Below, piece by piece: positions 18,875 to 28,663 of a DNA stretch of 32,000 bases (positions are counted from its first letter, which is position 1; each line of letters starts with the position of its first letter). The notes under the pieces were generated by a model that saw only the letters and a list, made by a program, of their open reading frames with translations, was not told the DNA's origin and did no database searches. Source of the stretch: Candidatus Saccharimonadota bacterium (lineage in GTDB: Bacteria > Bacillota_I > Bacilli_A > Mycoplasmatales > Hepatoplasmataceae); NCBI GenBank assembly GCA_027925225.1, contig AP027131.1:570001-602000 (forward strand), given 5' to 3'. A program made the position numbers and the translations under genes.

Positions 18875-19437
18875 TATTTTTCACCTCGATCTATATTATT
18901 AAAAGGCATTCCCATTCTTAAAAGTAATTGGTAATTTGCTTCCACTGATTTTGAAGAAGTCACAATTGTAATATCGCAACCTTTCATATGTCTAACTTTA
19001 TCTAATTCTATTTCAGGAAATATAATATATTCTTTAATTCCTAATGAAAAATTTCCATTTTTATCAAAAGATTTTGCTTTTATTCCTCTAAAATCTCTTA
19101 TTCTCGGAAGAGAAACACTTATCAACTTATCTAAAAATTCATACATTTTTTCTTTTCTTAAAGTAACTTTAACTCCAATGGCCATTCCTTCTCTGATTTT
19201 AAAAGAAGCATTTGATTTTTTTGCAATAGTTGGAATAGCAATTTGTCCTGTAATTGCGGCCATTTCTTTTACTGCATCTGTAATTACAGATTTATCATTT
19301 GTAGCCTCTCCAAGACCCATATTTATTACAATTTTTGAAATACGAGGAACTTCCATTATAGAAGAAAATTTTAGATCTTCTTTAATTGAAGGTCTAATAT
19401 CGTAAATATATTTATTGTATAATCTTGAATTAATCAT
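18874..19437 (-). CDS. rplE: 50S ribosomal protein L5
   Basis: Intact track ORF with L5 motifs (NMGLGEA, RDFRG). Its stop overlaps the rpsN ATG. Confidence 0.95.
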   Translation of the reverse strand: MINSRLYNKYIYDIRPSIKEDLKFSSIMEVPRISKIVINMGLGEATNDKSVITDAVKEMAAITGQIAIPTIAKKSNASFKIREGMAIGVKVTLRKEKMYEFLDKLISVSLPRIRDFRGIKAKSFDKNGNFSLGIKEYIIFPEIELDKVRHMKGCDITIVTSSKSVEANYQLLLRMGMPFNNIDRGEK

Positions 19438-19447
19438 TTTAACCTCT

Positions 19448-19777
19448 TTATAAAATCTCCTTAGTTTTTTTAGAATATCTTTTTTTTACAACTTTACCAT
19501 TTTTGTTAAATTCACTTTTATATGAAATTTTAGTAGCAATTACTTCTTTTTTTGATTTTCCAATATTAATCATTACATTTGAAACATCTAATGGTCCTTC
19601 TTGTTCTAGAAGTCCGCCTTCAGGATTTTGTTGTGTTGGTTTAACATGATGCTTTCTCATATTAACTCCTTCCACAATTACCATATTTTTAGAAGAAATA
19701 ACTTCTTTTACCATTCCTGTTTTCCCTTTTTCTTTTCCGGCTATAACAACTACTTTATCATTTTTTTTAATTTTCAT
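19448..19777 (-). CDS. rplX: 50S ribosomal protein L24
   Basis: Intact track ORF starting MKIKKNDKVVVIAGKEKGKTG (KOW motif). Confidence 0.95.
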   Translation of the reverse strand: MKIKKNDKVVVIAGKEKGKTGMVKEVISSKNMVIVEGVNMRKHHVKPTQQNPEGGLLEQEGPLDVSNVMINIGKSKKEVIATKISYKSEFNKNGKVVKKRYSKKTKEIL

Positions 19778-19786
19778 AGCTTCCTC

Positions 19787-20155
19787 CTAAAGTACTTCCT
19801 GAGCAAGAGAAATTATTCTTTGATATCCTCTATCTCTTAATTCTCTTGCTATTGGACCAAAAATACGTGTTCCTCTTGGATCTTTATTATCTTTGATAAT
19901 AACTGCAGCATTATCATCAAATCTTAAATATTCTCCGTTTGTTCTTTTAATTCCATGTGTTGTTCTAACAATAACTGCTTTTACAATTTTACCTTTTTTA
20001 ATTTGTCCATTAGGTTGAGCTTTTTTAACAGTAACAATAACAACATCACCGATATTTGAAAAATGTCTTCTTGAACCACCTAAATTTCTAATTACTAATG
20101 CTTCTTTTACACCAGTATTATCTACAATTTTTAATCTTGATTCTGTTTGTATCAT
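19787..20155 (-). CDS. rplN: 50S ribosomal protein L14
   Basis: Intact track ORF starting [15 protein letters not shown], with ...[10 protein letters not shown]. Confidence 0.96.
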   Translation of the reverse strand: MIQTESRLKIVDNTGVKEALVIRNLGGSRRHFSNIGDVVIVTVKKAQPNGQIKKGKIVKAVIVRTTHGIKRTNGEYLRFDDNAAVIIKDNKDPRGTRIFGPIARELRDRGYQRIISLAQEVL

Positions 20156-20157
20156 TG

Positions 20158-20415
20158 TTACTCACCTGCTCTCCCTTTAATTTCAACAAGTCTAAAATGT
20201 TTTCTTTTTGATAAAAGTCTTGTTTCCATAATTAAAACTTTATCACCTATCTTAGCATTATTTTTTTCATCATGTACTAAGAATTTTTTAGAATACTTAA
20301 ATCTTTTCCCATAAAGCTTATCTGATTTATAAGTATCTACTTGAACAGTAATTGTTTTTTCTCCTGATTGTGATTTTACAAAACCAGTATAAGTTTTTCT
20401 AGATGTATTACGCAT
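20158..20415 (-). CDS. rpsQ: 30S ribosomal protein S17
   Basis: [22 protein letters not shown] chose ATG 20415, which follows GGAGG, rather than the upstream ATG at 20427 used by the track. Confidence 0.92.
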   Translation of the reverse strand: MRNTSRKTYTGFVKSQSGEKTITVQVDTYKSDKLYGKRFKYSKKFLVHDEKNNAKIGDKVLIMETRLLSKRKHFRLVEIKGRAGE

Positions 20416-20899
20416 TATTTCCTCCATTATTTGAATTCTTTAAAAGTAAACTAATAAGTTCATCTTTTTTTAAAGAAGAAACAAAAGTTATATTTCTTTT
20501 TTTTAATTCATCTTTTATATCTTTTACTGTAAGTTTTGTATAATCTATATTTTTATTAGAATTAGAAATTTCTTTTTTTGTTGTTTCAATTTTTTTAGAA
20601 GCATCTTTTTCTATTTTTGAAGAATCTTCTTTTACTGTTTGTTTTTCTTTTTTAAAGAATTTTCTTTTTGCATCTTTTTTGTCTTTTATAAATTTATCTA
20701 AAGATATTTTTCCTTGTTTTTCTTTTAAAACAGTAAAAATTTTAGCAATATCTTTTCTTGTTACACTTATTAAGTGAGTTTCTGTAAGTTGACCTGTTGC
20801 ATTTTCAAAACGAAGAGAAAGCAATTTCCCTTTTACTTCTGAAATAAGATTTAATAATTCTTTTTCAGATTTATTTCTCAAATCTTCTACTTTATACAT
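20408..20899 (-). CDS. rpmC: 50S ribosomal protein L29 with ~100-aa C-terminal extension ending in a SAP/HeH-like motif
   Basis: The L29 core is [35 protein letters not shown] 20899 follows AAAGGTGAGG; the track started at a GTG. The single intact frame runs to TAA 20408..20410. Confidence 0.9.
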   Translation of the reverse strand: MYKVEDLRNKSEKELLNLISEVKGKLLSLRFENATGQLTETHLISVTRKDIAKIFTVLKEKQGKISLDKFIKDKKDAKRKFFKKEKQTVKEDSSKIEKDASKKIETTKKEISNSNKNIDYTKLTVKDIKDELKKRNITFVSSLKKDELISLLLKNSNNGGNNA

Positions 20900-21311
20900 T
20901 TTCCTCACCTTTCTTTACGATTTTACATTTAATTGGAAGTTTATGCATTCCAAGTCTTAATGCTTCTAATGCTTGTTCTTCGGTAACTTGATCTACCTCA
21001 AAAAGTATCATTCCTTTTTTAACAACAGCAGAATAATGATCTACACTACCTTTACCTTTTCCCATCCTTACTTCTAATGGTTTTTTAGTAATTGGAAGTT
21101 GAGGAAATATTCTAATTCAAACCTTACCATTTCTTTTAAGATATCTTGTAATTGCAACCCTTGTTGCTTCTATTTGTCTTGAAGTAATATATGCTCCGTC
21201 TAAAGCTTGAAGACCATAAATACCAAAACTTATTTTTGTTCCTCTTTTTGCTTTTCCTTCATAAGAAATTTTATGAGGTTTTTTATATTTTTGTTTTTTA
21301 GGTGAAAGCAT
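20892..21311 (-). CDS. rplP: 50S ribosomal protein L16
   Basis: Track ORF 21117..21311 ends at a TGA. The hand-translated continuation ends ...[17 protein letters not shown] at TAA 20892..20894. N-terminus [14 protein letters not shown]. Confidence 0.93.
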
Positions 21312-21312
21312 T

Positions 21313-22035
21313 TTAATTACCTCCTTTTTTTACATAAGGTTTTCTTTCAAAAGAATTATTTCTAGATTTTATTTCTTTTTCTCTTTTAGAAGAAATATTG
21401 AATTTTTCACCACGTGAAATTCAAACTTTTACACCAAGAATTCCATAAGTAGTTTTAGCAATTGCACGAGAATAATCAATATCATTTCTTAAAGTTTGAA
21501 GTGGAACTTGACCTTCTAAATATCCTTCAGTACGAGCCATATCTACTCCATTAAGTCTTCCAGAAACTTGTGTTTTTATTCCTTTTGCTCCTGATTTCAT
21601 TGTTCTTCTAATTGCTTTTTTTTGAGCAATTCTAAAAGGAACTCTTCTTTCTAAAGAAGCTGCTATTTCATTTGCAACAATAGTTGCATCTAAATCAGGA
21701 TTTTTAACTTCTTTTATTTCAATTACTAATTTGATTGTTTTATCTTTTAATAATTTTAAAAGTGCTAGTTCAACCTTTTTAATATTGCTTCCTTCTTGAC
21801 CAAGAACCATACCAGGTTTTGCAGTAAAAATAATTACAGTAAGAATATTGTCTGATCTTTCAATATCAATTGAAGAAAGAGATCAACTTTTTAAATAAGA
21901 ATCAAAATGTTTTCTAATCTTTTTGTCTTGAACAATATATTTTGCTCAATCAGCATTTTTAGTAGGATAATATCTAGATTTTCATTCTCTAATAATTCCT
22001 ACTCTCATTCCATTCGGATTAGCCTTTTGCCCCAT
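21313..22035 (-). CDS. rpsC: 30S ribosomal protein S3
   Basis: ATG 22035 gives the N-terminus [23 protein letters not shown]. It is in frame with track ORF 21421..21810 through TGA codons. The C-terminal extension through a TGA runs to TAA 21313..21315. Confidence 0.93.
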
Positions 22036-22388
22036 TATTTTTTACCTCTTCCTTTTCTTTCGTCAGAAACAATGATTTCAATAATAGATGTTCTTTTATT
22101 TTTAACATCTCCACGTCCTTTTGCTCTTGGAAAATATCTTTTCATAGTAGGTCCTTCATTTGCAATGGCATTTTTTACATATAAATTTTCAGAAATCATT
22201 CCATGATTTTGAGTTGCATTTGCAACAGCAGAATTTAAAACTTTTCTTAAAAGGGGTGCAGATTTTTTGCTTGAAATTTCTAAAATAGAATATGCTTCAC
22301 TTATTGGTTTATATCTAATGATTTCACAAACAAGTTTTGCTTTTTTAGAAGAAATTCTTACATATTTTGAAGATGCTTTTGCTTCCAT
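22035..22388 (-). CDS. rplV: 50S ribosomal protein L22
   Basis: Intact track ORF starting MEAKASSKYVRISSKKAKLV. Its stop overlaps the rpsC ATG. Confidence 0.95.
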   Translation of the reverse strand: MEAKASSKYVRISSKKAKLVCEIIRYKPISEAYSILEISSKKSAPLLRKVLNSAVANATQNHGMISENLYVKNAIANEGPTMKRYFPRAKGRGDVKNKRTSIIEIIVSDERKGRGKK

Positions 22389-22391
22389 ATT

Positions 22392-22676
22392 CTATTTTCT
22401 CCCACCTTTTTTCTTTTTGTTTTCTCCATGCCCGCCAAATTTACGTGTAGGTGCAAACTCACCTAATTTATGACCAACCATATCTTCTAATATAAAAACA
22501 TTGATAAAATCTTTTCCATTATGAACTTTAAAATTTAAACCTACAAAATTTGGAAAAATTGTTGATCTTCTTGATCAAGTTTTAATAGGCTTTTTAGATT
22601 TCTCTTTTAAAGCTACTTCAACTTTTTTTTCAAGATGGTCATCAATAAATGGACCTTTTTTTAATGATCTTGTCAT
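22392..22676 (-). CDS. rpsS: 30S ribosomal protein S19
   Basis: Absent from the track because of an internal TGA. Hand translation gives [19 protein letters not shown]...[26 protein letters not shown]...[17 protein letters not shown] with a TAG stop. Length is 285 nt, in frame. Confidence 0.93.
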
Positions 22677-22678
22677 AA

Positions 22679-23530
22679 TTATTTTTTATCCTTTCTTGTT
22701 CTAACAATATATTTATTAGAATTTTTATTTTTCTTACGTGTTTTTACACCAAGAGCTTTTTTACCTCAAGGAGTCATTGGTGAAGGTCTTCCGATTGGAG
22801 ATTTACCTTCTCCTCCTCCATGTGGATGATCATTTGGATTCATAACAGACCCTCTTACAGTAGGTCTTATTCCTTTATGTCTATTTCTTCCTGCTTTTCC
22901 TAAATTAACAAGATTAAATCCTGAATTAGAAACAGTACCTAATGTTGCTCTATTTGTTGCTAAAATTTTTCTTGTTTCTCCTGAAGGAAGTTTTACAATT
23001 GCATATCTTTCAGATTCATCAAAACCTAATAATTGTGCAAAGTTACCAGCTGCTCTTACAATTTGTCCACCCTTTTTAGGTTTTAATTCAATATTATGAA
23101 TTAATGAACCCTCAGGAATTTTGTTTAAAGGTAAACTGTTTCCTTCTTTTATTGGAACATTTTTTAAACCTGAGATTACTATTTGTCCAACTTTAATATT
23201 TTGAGTTGCTAAAATATATCTTTTTTCTCCATCTGCATAATTTATTAAAGAAATAAATGCATTACGGTTTGGATCATATTCAATAGAAGCTACTTTTCCA
23301 GGGATATTATCTTTATCTCTTTTAAAATCAATGATACGATATTTTCTTTTTACTCTTCCACCTTGGTGTCTTACGGTAATAGAACCACTGTTATTTCTTC
23401 CTGAATTTTTCTTTAAAGTTACAGTTAATGATTTTTCAGGTTTATTAGTTGTGATAACAGATTTATAGTCTATTACATTCCCAAATCTTCTACCAGGTGA
23501 AGTCGGATTATATTTTTTAACCTTATTCAT
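22679..23530 (-). CDS. rplB: 50S ribosomal protein L2
   Basis: Track ORF 22766..23530 (…[25 protein letters not shown]) continues through a TGA as [29 protein letters not shown] to TAA 22679..22681. Confidence 0.95.
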
Positions 23531-23542
23531 AACATAAGCTCC

Positions 23543-23929
23543 CTATTGTTTTTTAGTTTTCTTTTCAGCTTGTTCCATAAGCTTTTCAGTATCAATAATT
23601 TTAAGAGTTTTTTTGTTTTTTTCTTTTTCAATACCCTTAGCACCGTAAACCGGAATTGATCCTTCTTTTAGAAAAACCATTGCTTTTTTATAACCTTTTT
23701 TAAAACCATGGTATTTCCCAAGAGATTTAGTTTTTCTTTTTACTTTTATCATATTTACTTTTGAAACTTTAGCATTTGATTTTGAAAAAATATATTCAAC
23801 AGCAATTTTTACATCAATTTTTGTTGCTCTAGAATCAACCATTAAAGTGTAAACATTACTAGAAAGAAGATTAGATGTTTTTTCGGTAATTACTGGTTGA
23901 ATAATTACATCGTTAATATTCATTTTCAT
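23543..23929 (-). CDS. rplW: 50S ribosomal protein L23 (Lys-rich C-terminal tail)
   Basis: Intact track ORF with IIQPVITEKTSNL. Its ATG overlaps the rplD stop. Confidence 0.92.
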   Translation of the reverse strand: MKMNINDVIIQPVITEKTSNLLSSNVYTLMVDSRATKIDVKIAVEYIFSKSNAKVSKVNMIKVKRKTKSLGKYHGFKKGYKKAMVFLKEGSIPVYGAKGIEKEKNKKTLKIIDTEKLMEQAEKKTKKQ

Positions 23930-24564
23930 TATAAAAATCTCCCTTCTAACATTTTTGCAACTTCTTTTGTAAGAACAATATTATTAACACTCAATAAATC
24001 ATTTATAAAAATATCTCTTACATCTGTAATAAAGACATTTGGTAAATTTCTTACAGAAAGATATGTGTTATAACTTTTTTCATTTGAATCAATTATTAAT
24101 AATATTTTTTTATTTTTTGCATCAAAATTTGAAAGCATTATTATAAAATCTTTTGTTTTAGGAGTAACAAAATCAATATTATCTAAAACAAAAATTTTAT
24201 TTTCATTTGTAAGTTGAGAAAGAACACTTCTATAAGCAAGTAATTTAACTTTTTTGTTAATTTTTAAGCTATAGTTTTTTTCTGTAGTTGGACCAAATAC
24301 AATTCCCCCACCACGTCATTGAGGTGAACGAATAGAACCTTGTCTTGCTCTACCTGTTCCTTTTTGTCTTCAGGGCTTTCTACCTCCACCACGAACTTCA
24401 GCACGGTTTTTAGTAGAATGACTACCTTGTCTTCATTCTGCTCTTTCAAAAAGGATTAAATCAAACATAGATTGATTGTGAGGAACAATATTAAATACCT
24501 TATCTGATAATTCAAGTTCTGATACTGTTTTACCTAGAACATTTTTTACTTCAAATTTAGCCAT
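23929..24564 (-). CDS. rplD: 50S ribosomal protein L4
   Basis: ATG 24564 is in frame with track ORF 23929..24138 through several TGA codons. Hand translation gives MAKFEVKNVLGK...[46 protein letters not shown]. 211 aa. Confidence 0.93.
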
Positions 24565-25498
24565 TTTGTTCCTCTCTTTTTTTCATAAATTTCTCTACTT
24601 TTTCAATTTCTACTTTTAACTGAGGATTTTTCATTTTCTCAACTTTATCTTTATTAATTCCTAATTTAAGAGCTTTAGAAAGAAGTTTTTTATGTTCTTT
24701 TTCTTCAACTTCATATTTTAATTTGGCTTTTTCAATTTCAAATTGCATATCTTCTAAACTCATTGTGGAATTTAATGAAGCATTATATTTTCTTCCTTCT
24801 TCAATTAAATGATTTTTTTCATCATAAACTTTTAAATCTACAAGCGTAACAACTTTTGTTCTGTTGTTTGTTGTTCCTTTTATTGCTTCTCTTATTACAA
24901 CAAAAGATTTATTTGGTCCAGGAATTGAACCTTTTATAAGTACAATATTTAAATTTGAATTTACTAAAATAACTTCAAGATTTTGCATTGTTACTTTTGC
25001 ATGCCCCATATGTCCTGGCATTTTTTTAGTTCTTTTAACTGTTTCGTGAATCGAACCAAGTGATCCAGTTCCTCTATGGTATTTTGAACCATGAGTCATT
25101 GGTCCTCTTGATTGATTGTGTCTTTTAATTGAACCTTGAAAACCTTTTCCTTTTGAAGTTCCAGTTACATCAACTAAAGTTCCTTCTTTTAAAAGATCTA
25201 CTGTAATTTCATTAGATTCGGAAGTAATTTCCATATTTCTTATTTCTTTTATAAAATACTTAGGTTCTGTTTTTGCTTTTTTTGCAATTCCTAATTCTGG
25301 TTTTGTTGCTTTTGTTCTCTTTTTATCTTCATAACCAAGAGTTAAGGCATTATAACCATCTTTTTCAAGAGTTTTTCTTTGAAGAATAGAGTTTGGTTTA
25401 ACTTCTATTACAGTAACTGGAATTGCTTTACCTTCTTCAGTAAATACTGTTGTCATTCCAGATTTTCTTCCTAAAATACCGACCATCTTTAATACCAT
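24557..25498 (-). CDS. rplC: 50S ribosomal protein L3 with ~100-aa C-terminal extension
   Basis: Intact track ORF with GILGRKSGMTTVF...GKGFQGSIKRHN. The exact start is uncertain (ATG 25498 or ATG 25486). Confidence 0.93.
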   Translation of the reverse strand: MVLKMVGILGRKSGMTTVFTEEGKAIPVTVIEVKPNSILQRKTLEKDGYNALTLGYEDKKRTKATKPELGIAKKAKTEPKYFIKEIRNMEITSESNEITVDLLKEGTLVDVTGTSKGKGFQGSIKRHNQSRGPMTHGSKYHRGTGSLGSIHETVKRTKKMPGHMGHAKVTMQNLEVILVNSNLNIVLIKGSIPGPNKSFVVIREAIKGTTNNRTKVVTLVDLKVYDEKNHLIEEGRKYNASLNSTMSLEDMQFEIEKAKLKYEVEEKEHKKLLSKALKLGINKDKVEKMKNPQLKVEIEKVEKFMKKREEQNG

Positions 25499-25512
25499 TC
25501 TTTCAAATATTA

Positions 25513-25833
25513 TTAATTATGCTTAGGCATTTTTATTTCAATGGAAACGCCTGTAGGAAGTTGAACACGACTTAATCTATCCATAGTCTCAGGAGCAGAC
25601 TTAATAATACCTATAAGTCTCTTGTGAGTTCTAAGTTCAAATTGTTCTCTTGAAGTTTTATTTACGTGTACAGATCTAAGTACTGTGAATACTTCTTTAC
25701 GTGTAGGAAGAGGAACGGGACCATAAATTGTTGCTCCTGTTGCTTTTGCTACATTAATAATTTTTTCTGCTGATGAATCTATCAGCTTTGAATCATATGA
25801 TTTTAATTTAATTTTGATTGCCTTATTAGACAT
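25513..25833 (-). CDS. rpsJ: 30S ribosomal protein S10
   Basis: [14 protein letters not shown]...RTHKRLI. I chose ATG 25833, which follows AGAGAGGTGA; the track started at a GTG lying inside that SD. Confidence 0.93.
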   Translation of the reverse strand: MSNKAIKIKLKSYDSKLIDSSAEKIINVAKATGATIYGPVPLPTRKEVFTVLRSVHVNKTSREQFELRTHKRLIGIIKSAPETMDRLSRVQLPTGVSIEIKMPKHN

Positions 25834-25968
25834 AAGGTTCACCTCTCTTAATTTAATATTTATAGACTAAATATATAATTGTTAAGAAATATTTATTTAA
25901 ATTTAAATAAGAATTCTTGAAAGTACAGAATTAACACTAATTACTGTGTTTATTTCGGTACTAGAATG

Positions 25969-25977
25969 ATTATAACA
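25969..25977 (-). promoter_or_regulatory. Candidate extended -10 promoter (TGTTATAAT on minus strand) for the S10 operon
   Basis: A perfect TGnTATAAT is read on the minus strand, ~135 nt upstream of the rpsJ ATG. Closer, weaker TATAAA-like boxes exist, so the assignment is tentative. Confidence 0.35.
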
Positions 25978-26007
25978 AAATGGAGTAATAATATTTATAC
26001 AAAAGAA

Positions 26008-27177
26008 TTAATAAGTTTTAATAATTTCTTTTGAAAGTTCATTTATATTTGAAATATTGAATCTATTTTTTAAAAAAACTAATACTTCTTTTGAAGAATT
26101 GTTTAAAAAATTAATTATAATTTCTTTTTTAATATTATCATTAGCACTTGTGAGCGCCCTATGACAAACTGGACATAGATTAGTTAGATTATAAATATTA
26201 TCATTATTTTGAGGATCTAATGAAAAAGGTAAAATGTGGTGAATTTCTAAATATCATTTATCTTCTTCATCTTTCTTTTTAAAGCTTTTAAATTTCAAAT
26301 TATGTCTTCCAAAACATCCATAACAAAAATTTTCAAGTTTTTCTTGTCCTCATTTTATAATTCAAGGATTTCTTTCTTTAATAAATTTATTTTTTTCATT
26401 TTCTTTATTTTTTTTGTCATATTCATCAATTTTCTTGTCATATTCATAAATTTTTTCTAAAATATAATTATTATTTTTTGATAAATTTAATGAAAAATAA
26501 TTACTTTTTGTTTTTATATTATTAATTGTTCCTTTTTCTTTTTTTGATGAATTTATTAAAAGAAATTTACTTTCATTAAATTCATTTGTGTTTTTTATTA
26601 TATCTTTAAGTTTTGATGTTAATTGAAAATAGTTTTGTTCCCTTTTGCTTAATTTAATATCTTTAATTGAAATAATATCTAATTCAGGAAATATTTCTTT
26701 TAATTTTTGATATTTATTTTTTGCATATTGAAAAAAAGAGGTATCAGTAAATATTTTTTCATTTTTAAAAATGTCGACTTGTATAGTTTTTTCATATGTT
26801 CCTCTTGGGATAAAAATGGATATAATAAAATCTTCAATGATATGCTTTTTATTTAATTTATAGTTAAATATTAAATTTTCAAATATTGAATCAAATATAT
26901 TTAAATATTTATTTTTTGCTTCTAATTTTTCTTTTGTTTTTAAATCATAATTAAAAAGTTCTTTATTATCAAAATTTAAAAATTTAATTTTTGAAAAATA
27001 ATTTTCAAAATCTTCAATAAATTTCTTTTTATTTAGAATTTTTGATCGCGGTTTATTATTCCATTGTATAGAAACATAAAAATTTTTATCTTTTTTTATA
27101 ACCTTTGAATTAAATAAAAACAAAAGAGAAAATATTTTGTCTTTTTTTAATATATCTATTAATTCTTTTGTATTCAC
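26008..27177 (-). CDS. HNH endonuclease-domain protein with unrecognised ~270-aa N-terminal region
   Basis: Track ORF 26362..27177 ends at a TGA. Hand translation continues through two further in-frame TGA codons (three in total) to TAA 26008..26010. The C-terminus is FCYGCFGRHNLKFKSFKKKDEEDKWYLEIHHILPFSLDPQNNDNIYNLTNLCPVCHRAL, i.e. CxxC...HH...N...CxxCH, the HNH beta-beta-alpha-metal motif. The start is provisionally GTG 27177. Confidence 0.8.
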
Positions 27178-27202
27178 AAAATAATTATAAATACATTTAA
27201 AT

Positions 27203-27928
27203 CTATTCTTTATAATATCTTCTTCTAACAGATCTATTTAATATGTTTAAAAGAAATAAAATAATAATTGATAAGATAAAAGATTTTGAAATTAAATTAA
27301 ATTTGTGTAATGTTTCATCGCCATCTGCTAACCCTAAAATTTCTAAAATATAAAGAAAAAATATAGCTTGAATAACAACAATTGTTAATATAAAAATATA
27401 ATAAAAACTATTATATTTTTCTATGTTTTTTGTGTTTTCAGCAATTATACTTATTATAAATAAAGAAACTAAATTAAATCCCATCATCATAATTAATAAA
27501 TACATAATTATTTTATAGTCATATGTAACAAGACCATTATCAGGGTAATATTTATATGGCTCCATTTGAACAAGCATAAATATAATAAAAATAAATCAAA
27601 TTAAAATAAAAAGAAAAATTGTAATCATGACATTACTTATTGTGTTTCTAAAACTATTAATTTGTTTAAAATTATTCTTTTTTAAGAATAAATATGAGTA
27701 ATTTACTATAAAAGTAGAATAAATTCCATAAACAAGTATTCTCATTCTCCATTTATCAATAATCAATGTATGCGCGTCTGGATCTTGTGCATATTCATAT
27801 TTTGAAATTGAGATTATACTTGAATAAAGTGTTCAAAATAAAAAGAAACATAATATAAAAAATATTATGTTTTTATAACTAAATAATTTTTTAAAATAAA
27901 CAAATGATACTTCTCTAACATTATTCAT
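27203..27928 (-). CDS. Hypothetical integral membrane protein (~6 predicted TM segments, 241 aa)
   Basis: Track ORF 27203..27577 extends upstream in frame through TGA codons to ATG 27928. An upstream TAA at 27956..27958 bounds the frame. It has six long hydrophobic stretches, judged by eye. Confidence 0.65.
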
Positions 27929-27977
27929 ATTGTGAATAAAAAATATATTTCTAATTTAATATTACTAATTTTTAAAG

Positions 27978-28436
27978 TTAATTATTATTATCTTTTTTAT
28001 CATTTAAATCTTTTTTATTTTTTTTAATTGATTGTCCAATAATTAATTGATATAAACTGTAAATAAATATTACAATTCCTCCAAGTATTACTGCTAAAAA
28101 TCATCCAATTATTAAAAAAGTAAATCCGGTTACTGAAAATAGCACAAAGAATAATGATATTAAAAAAAATAATGCTCCTGCAACAATAGTAATTAATCAA
28201 AAAATTGCAGAAATAATGATAGCAATGGGAATTGCTAAAAGAATTATAAATGGTCTTAAAAATGGGTTAGTTTTTTGATAATAATCTTTCATTGTATTTT
28301 TCATTTTTGAAAAATTATTTTTAAAACCCAAATTTTTAAATTGTCTTCTATAATTAGTTCAATTTTTTGTATTGTTTTCTTCTATTTTTATATTTTCATC
28401 ATTTGTATTGTTATTGTTATTAAATTCTTCGTTCAT
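27978..28436 (-). CDS. Hypothetical membrane protein (152 aa; polar Asn-rich N-terminus, 3-4 TM segments)
   Basis: AAGGAAAAACT precedes the ATG at 28436. The ORF is absent from the track because of TGA codons. Hand translation gives MNEEFNNNNNTNDENIK...FIILLAIPIAIIISAIFWLITIVAGALFFLISLFFVLFSV...GWFLAVILGGIVIFIYSLYQLI...DNNN with a TAA stop. Length is 459 nt, in frame. Confidence 0.65.
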
Positions 28437-28663
28437 AGTTTTTCCTTATTATATTTTAATTAAAAAATACATAAATAAGAGATAATCCCATTCTTTAAAT
28501 TAAATCATATTATGTTAAAAGATATTATAAGTTATTTAGAATATTTTTTTTCAATAAAAAAGAATATTTTTTTAAAATTTGATACCATATTCTTATTAAA
28601 GAAATTGATAAACTCATAAAAAATTGAAAGGGGAGTGCTATCTTTATGTACTAGTTTAATGAA

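Noticed and set aside
23543-23640. ~30-aa Lys/Glu-rich C-terminal tail on L23
   Set aside because: It is pure low-complexity charged sequence with no recognisable motif. I treat it as part of the general r-protein elongation trend rather than a separate finding.
24264-24449. 61-aa minus-strand track ORF
   Set aside because: It lies in a different frame from, and entirely within, rplD. The L4 frame here gives the conserved [19 protein letters not shown] sequence.
12332-25049. Plus-strand track ORFs inside the ribosomal operons (12332..12586, 15110..15373, 16930..17223, 17021..17269, 19178..19405, 19628..19840, 21907..22206, 22267..22473, 24864..25049)
   Set aside because: All are antisense to well-supported, motif-bearing minus-strand genes and encode implausible low-complexity peptides. 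They are typical shadow frames in AT-rich DNA.
11060-25842. N-terminal extensions in the track for rpoA (TTG 12049), rpmC (GTG 20908), rpsQ (ATG 20427) and rpsJ (GTG 25842)
   Set aside because: In each case a downstream ATG sits 5-9 nt after a GGAGG/GGTGA SD, and that SD overlaps the track's upstream start. I therefore used the shorter starts.
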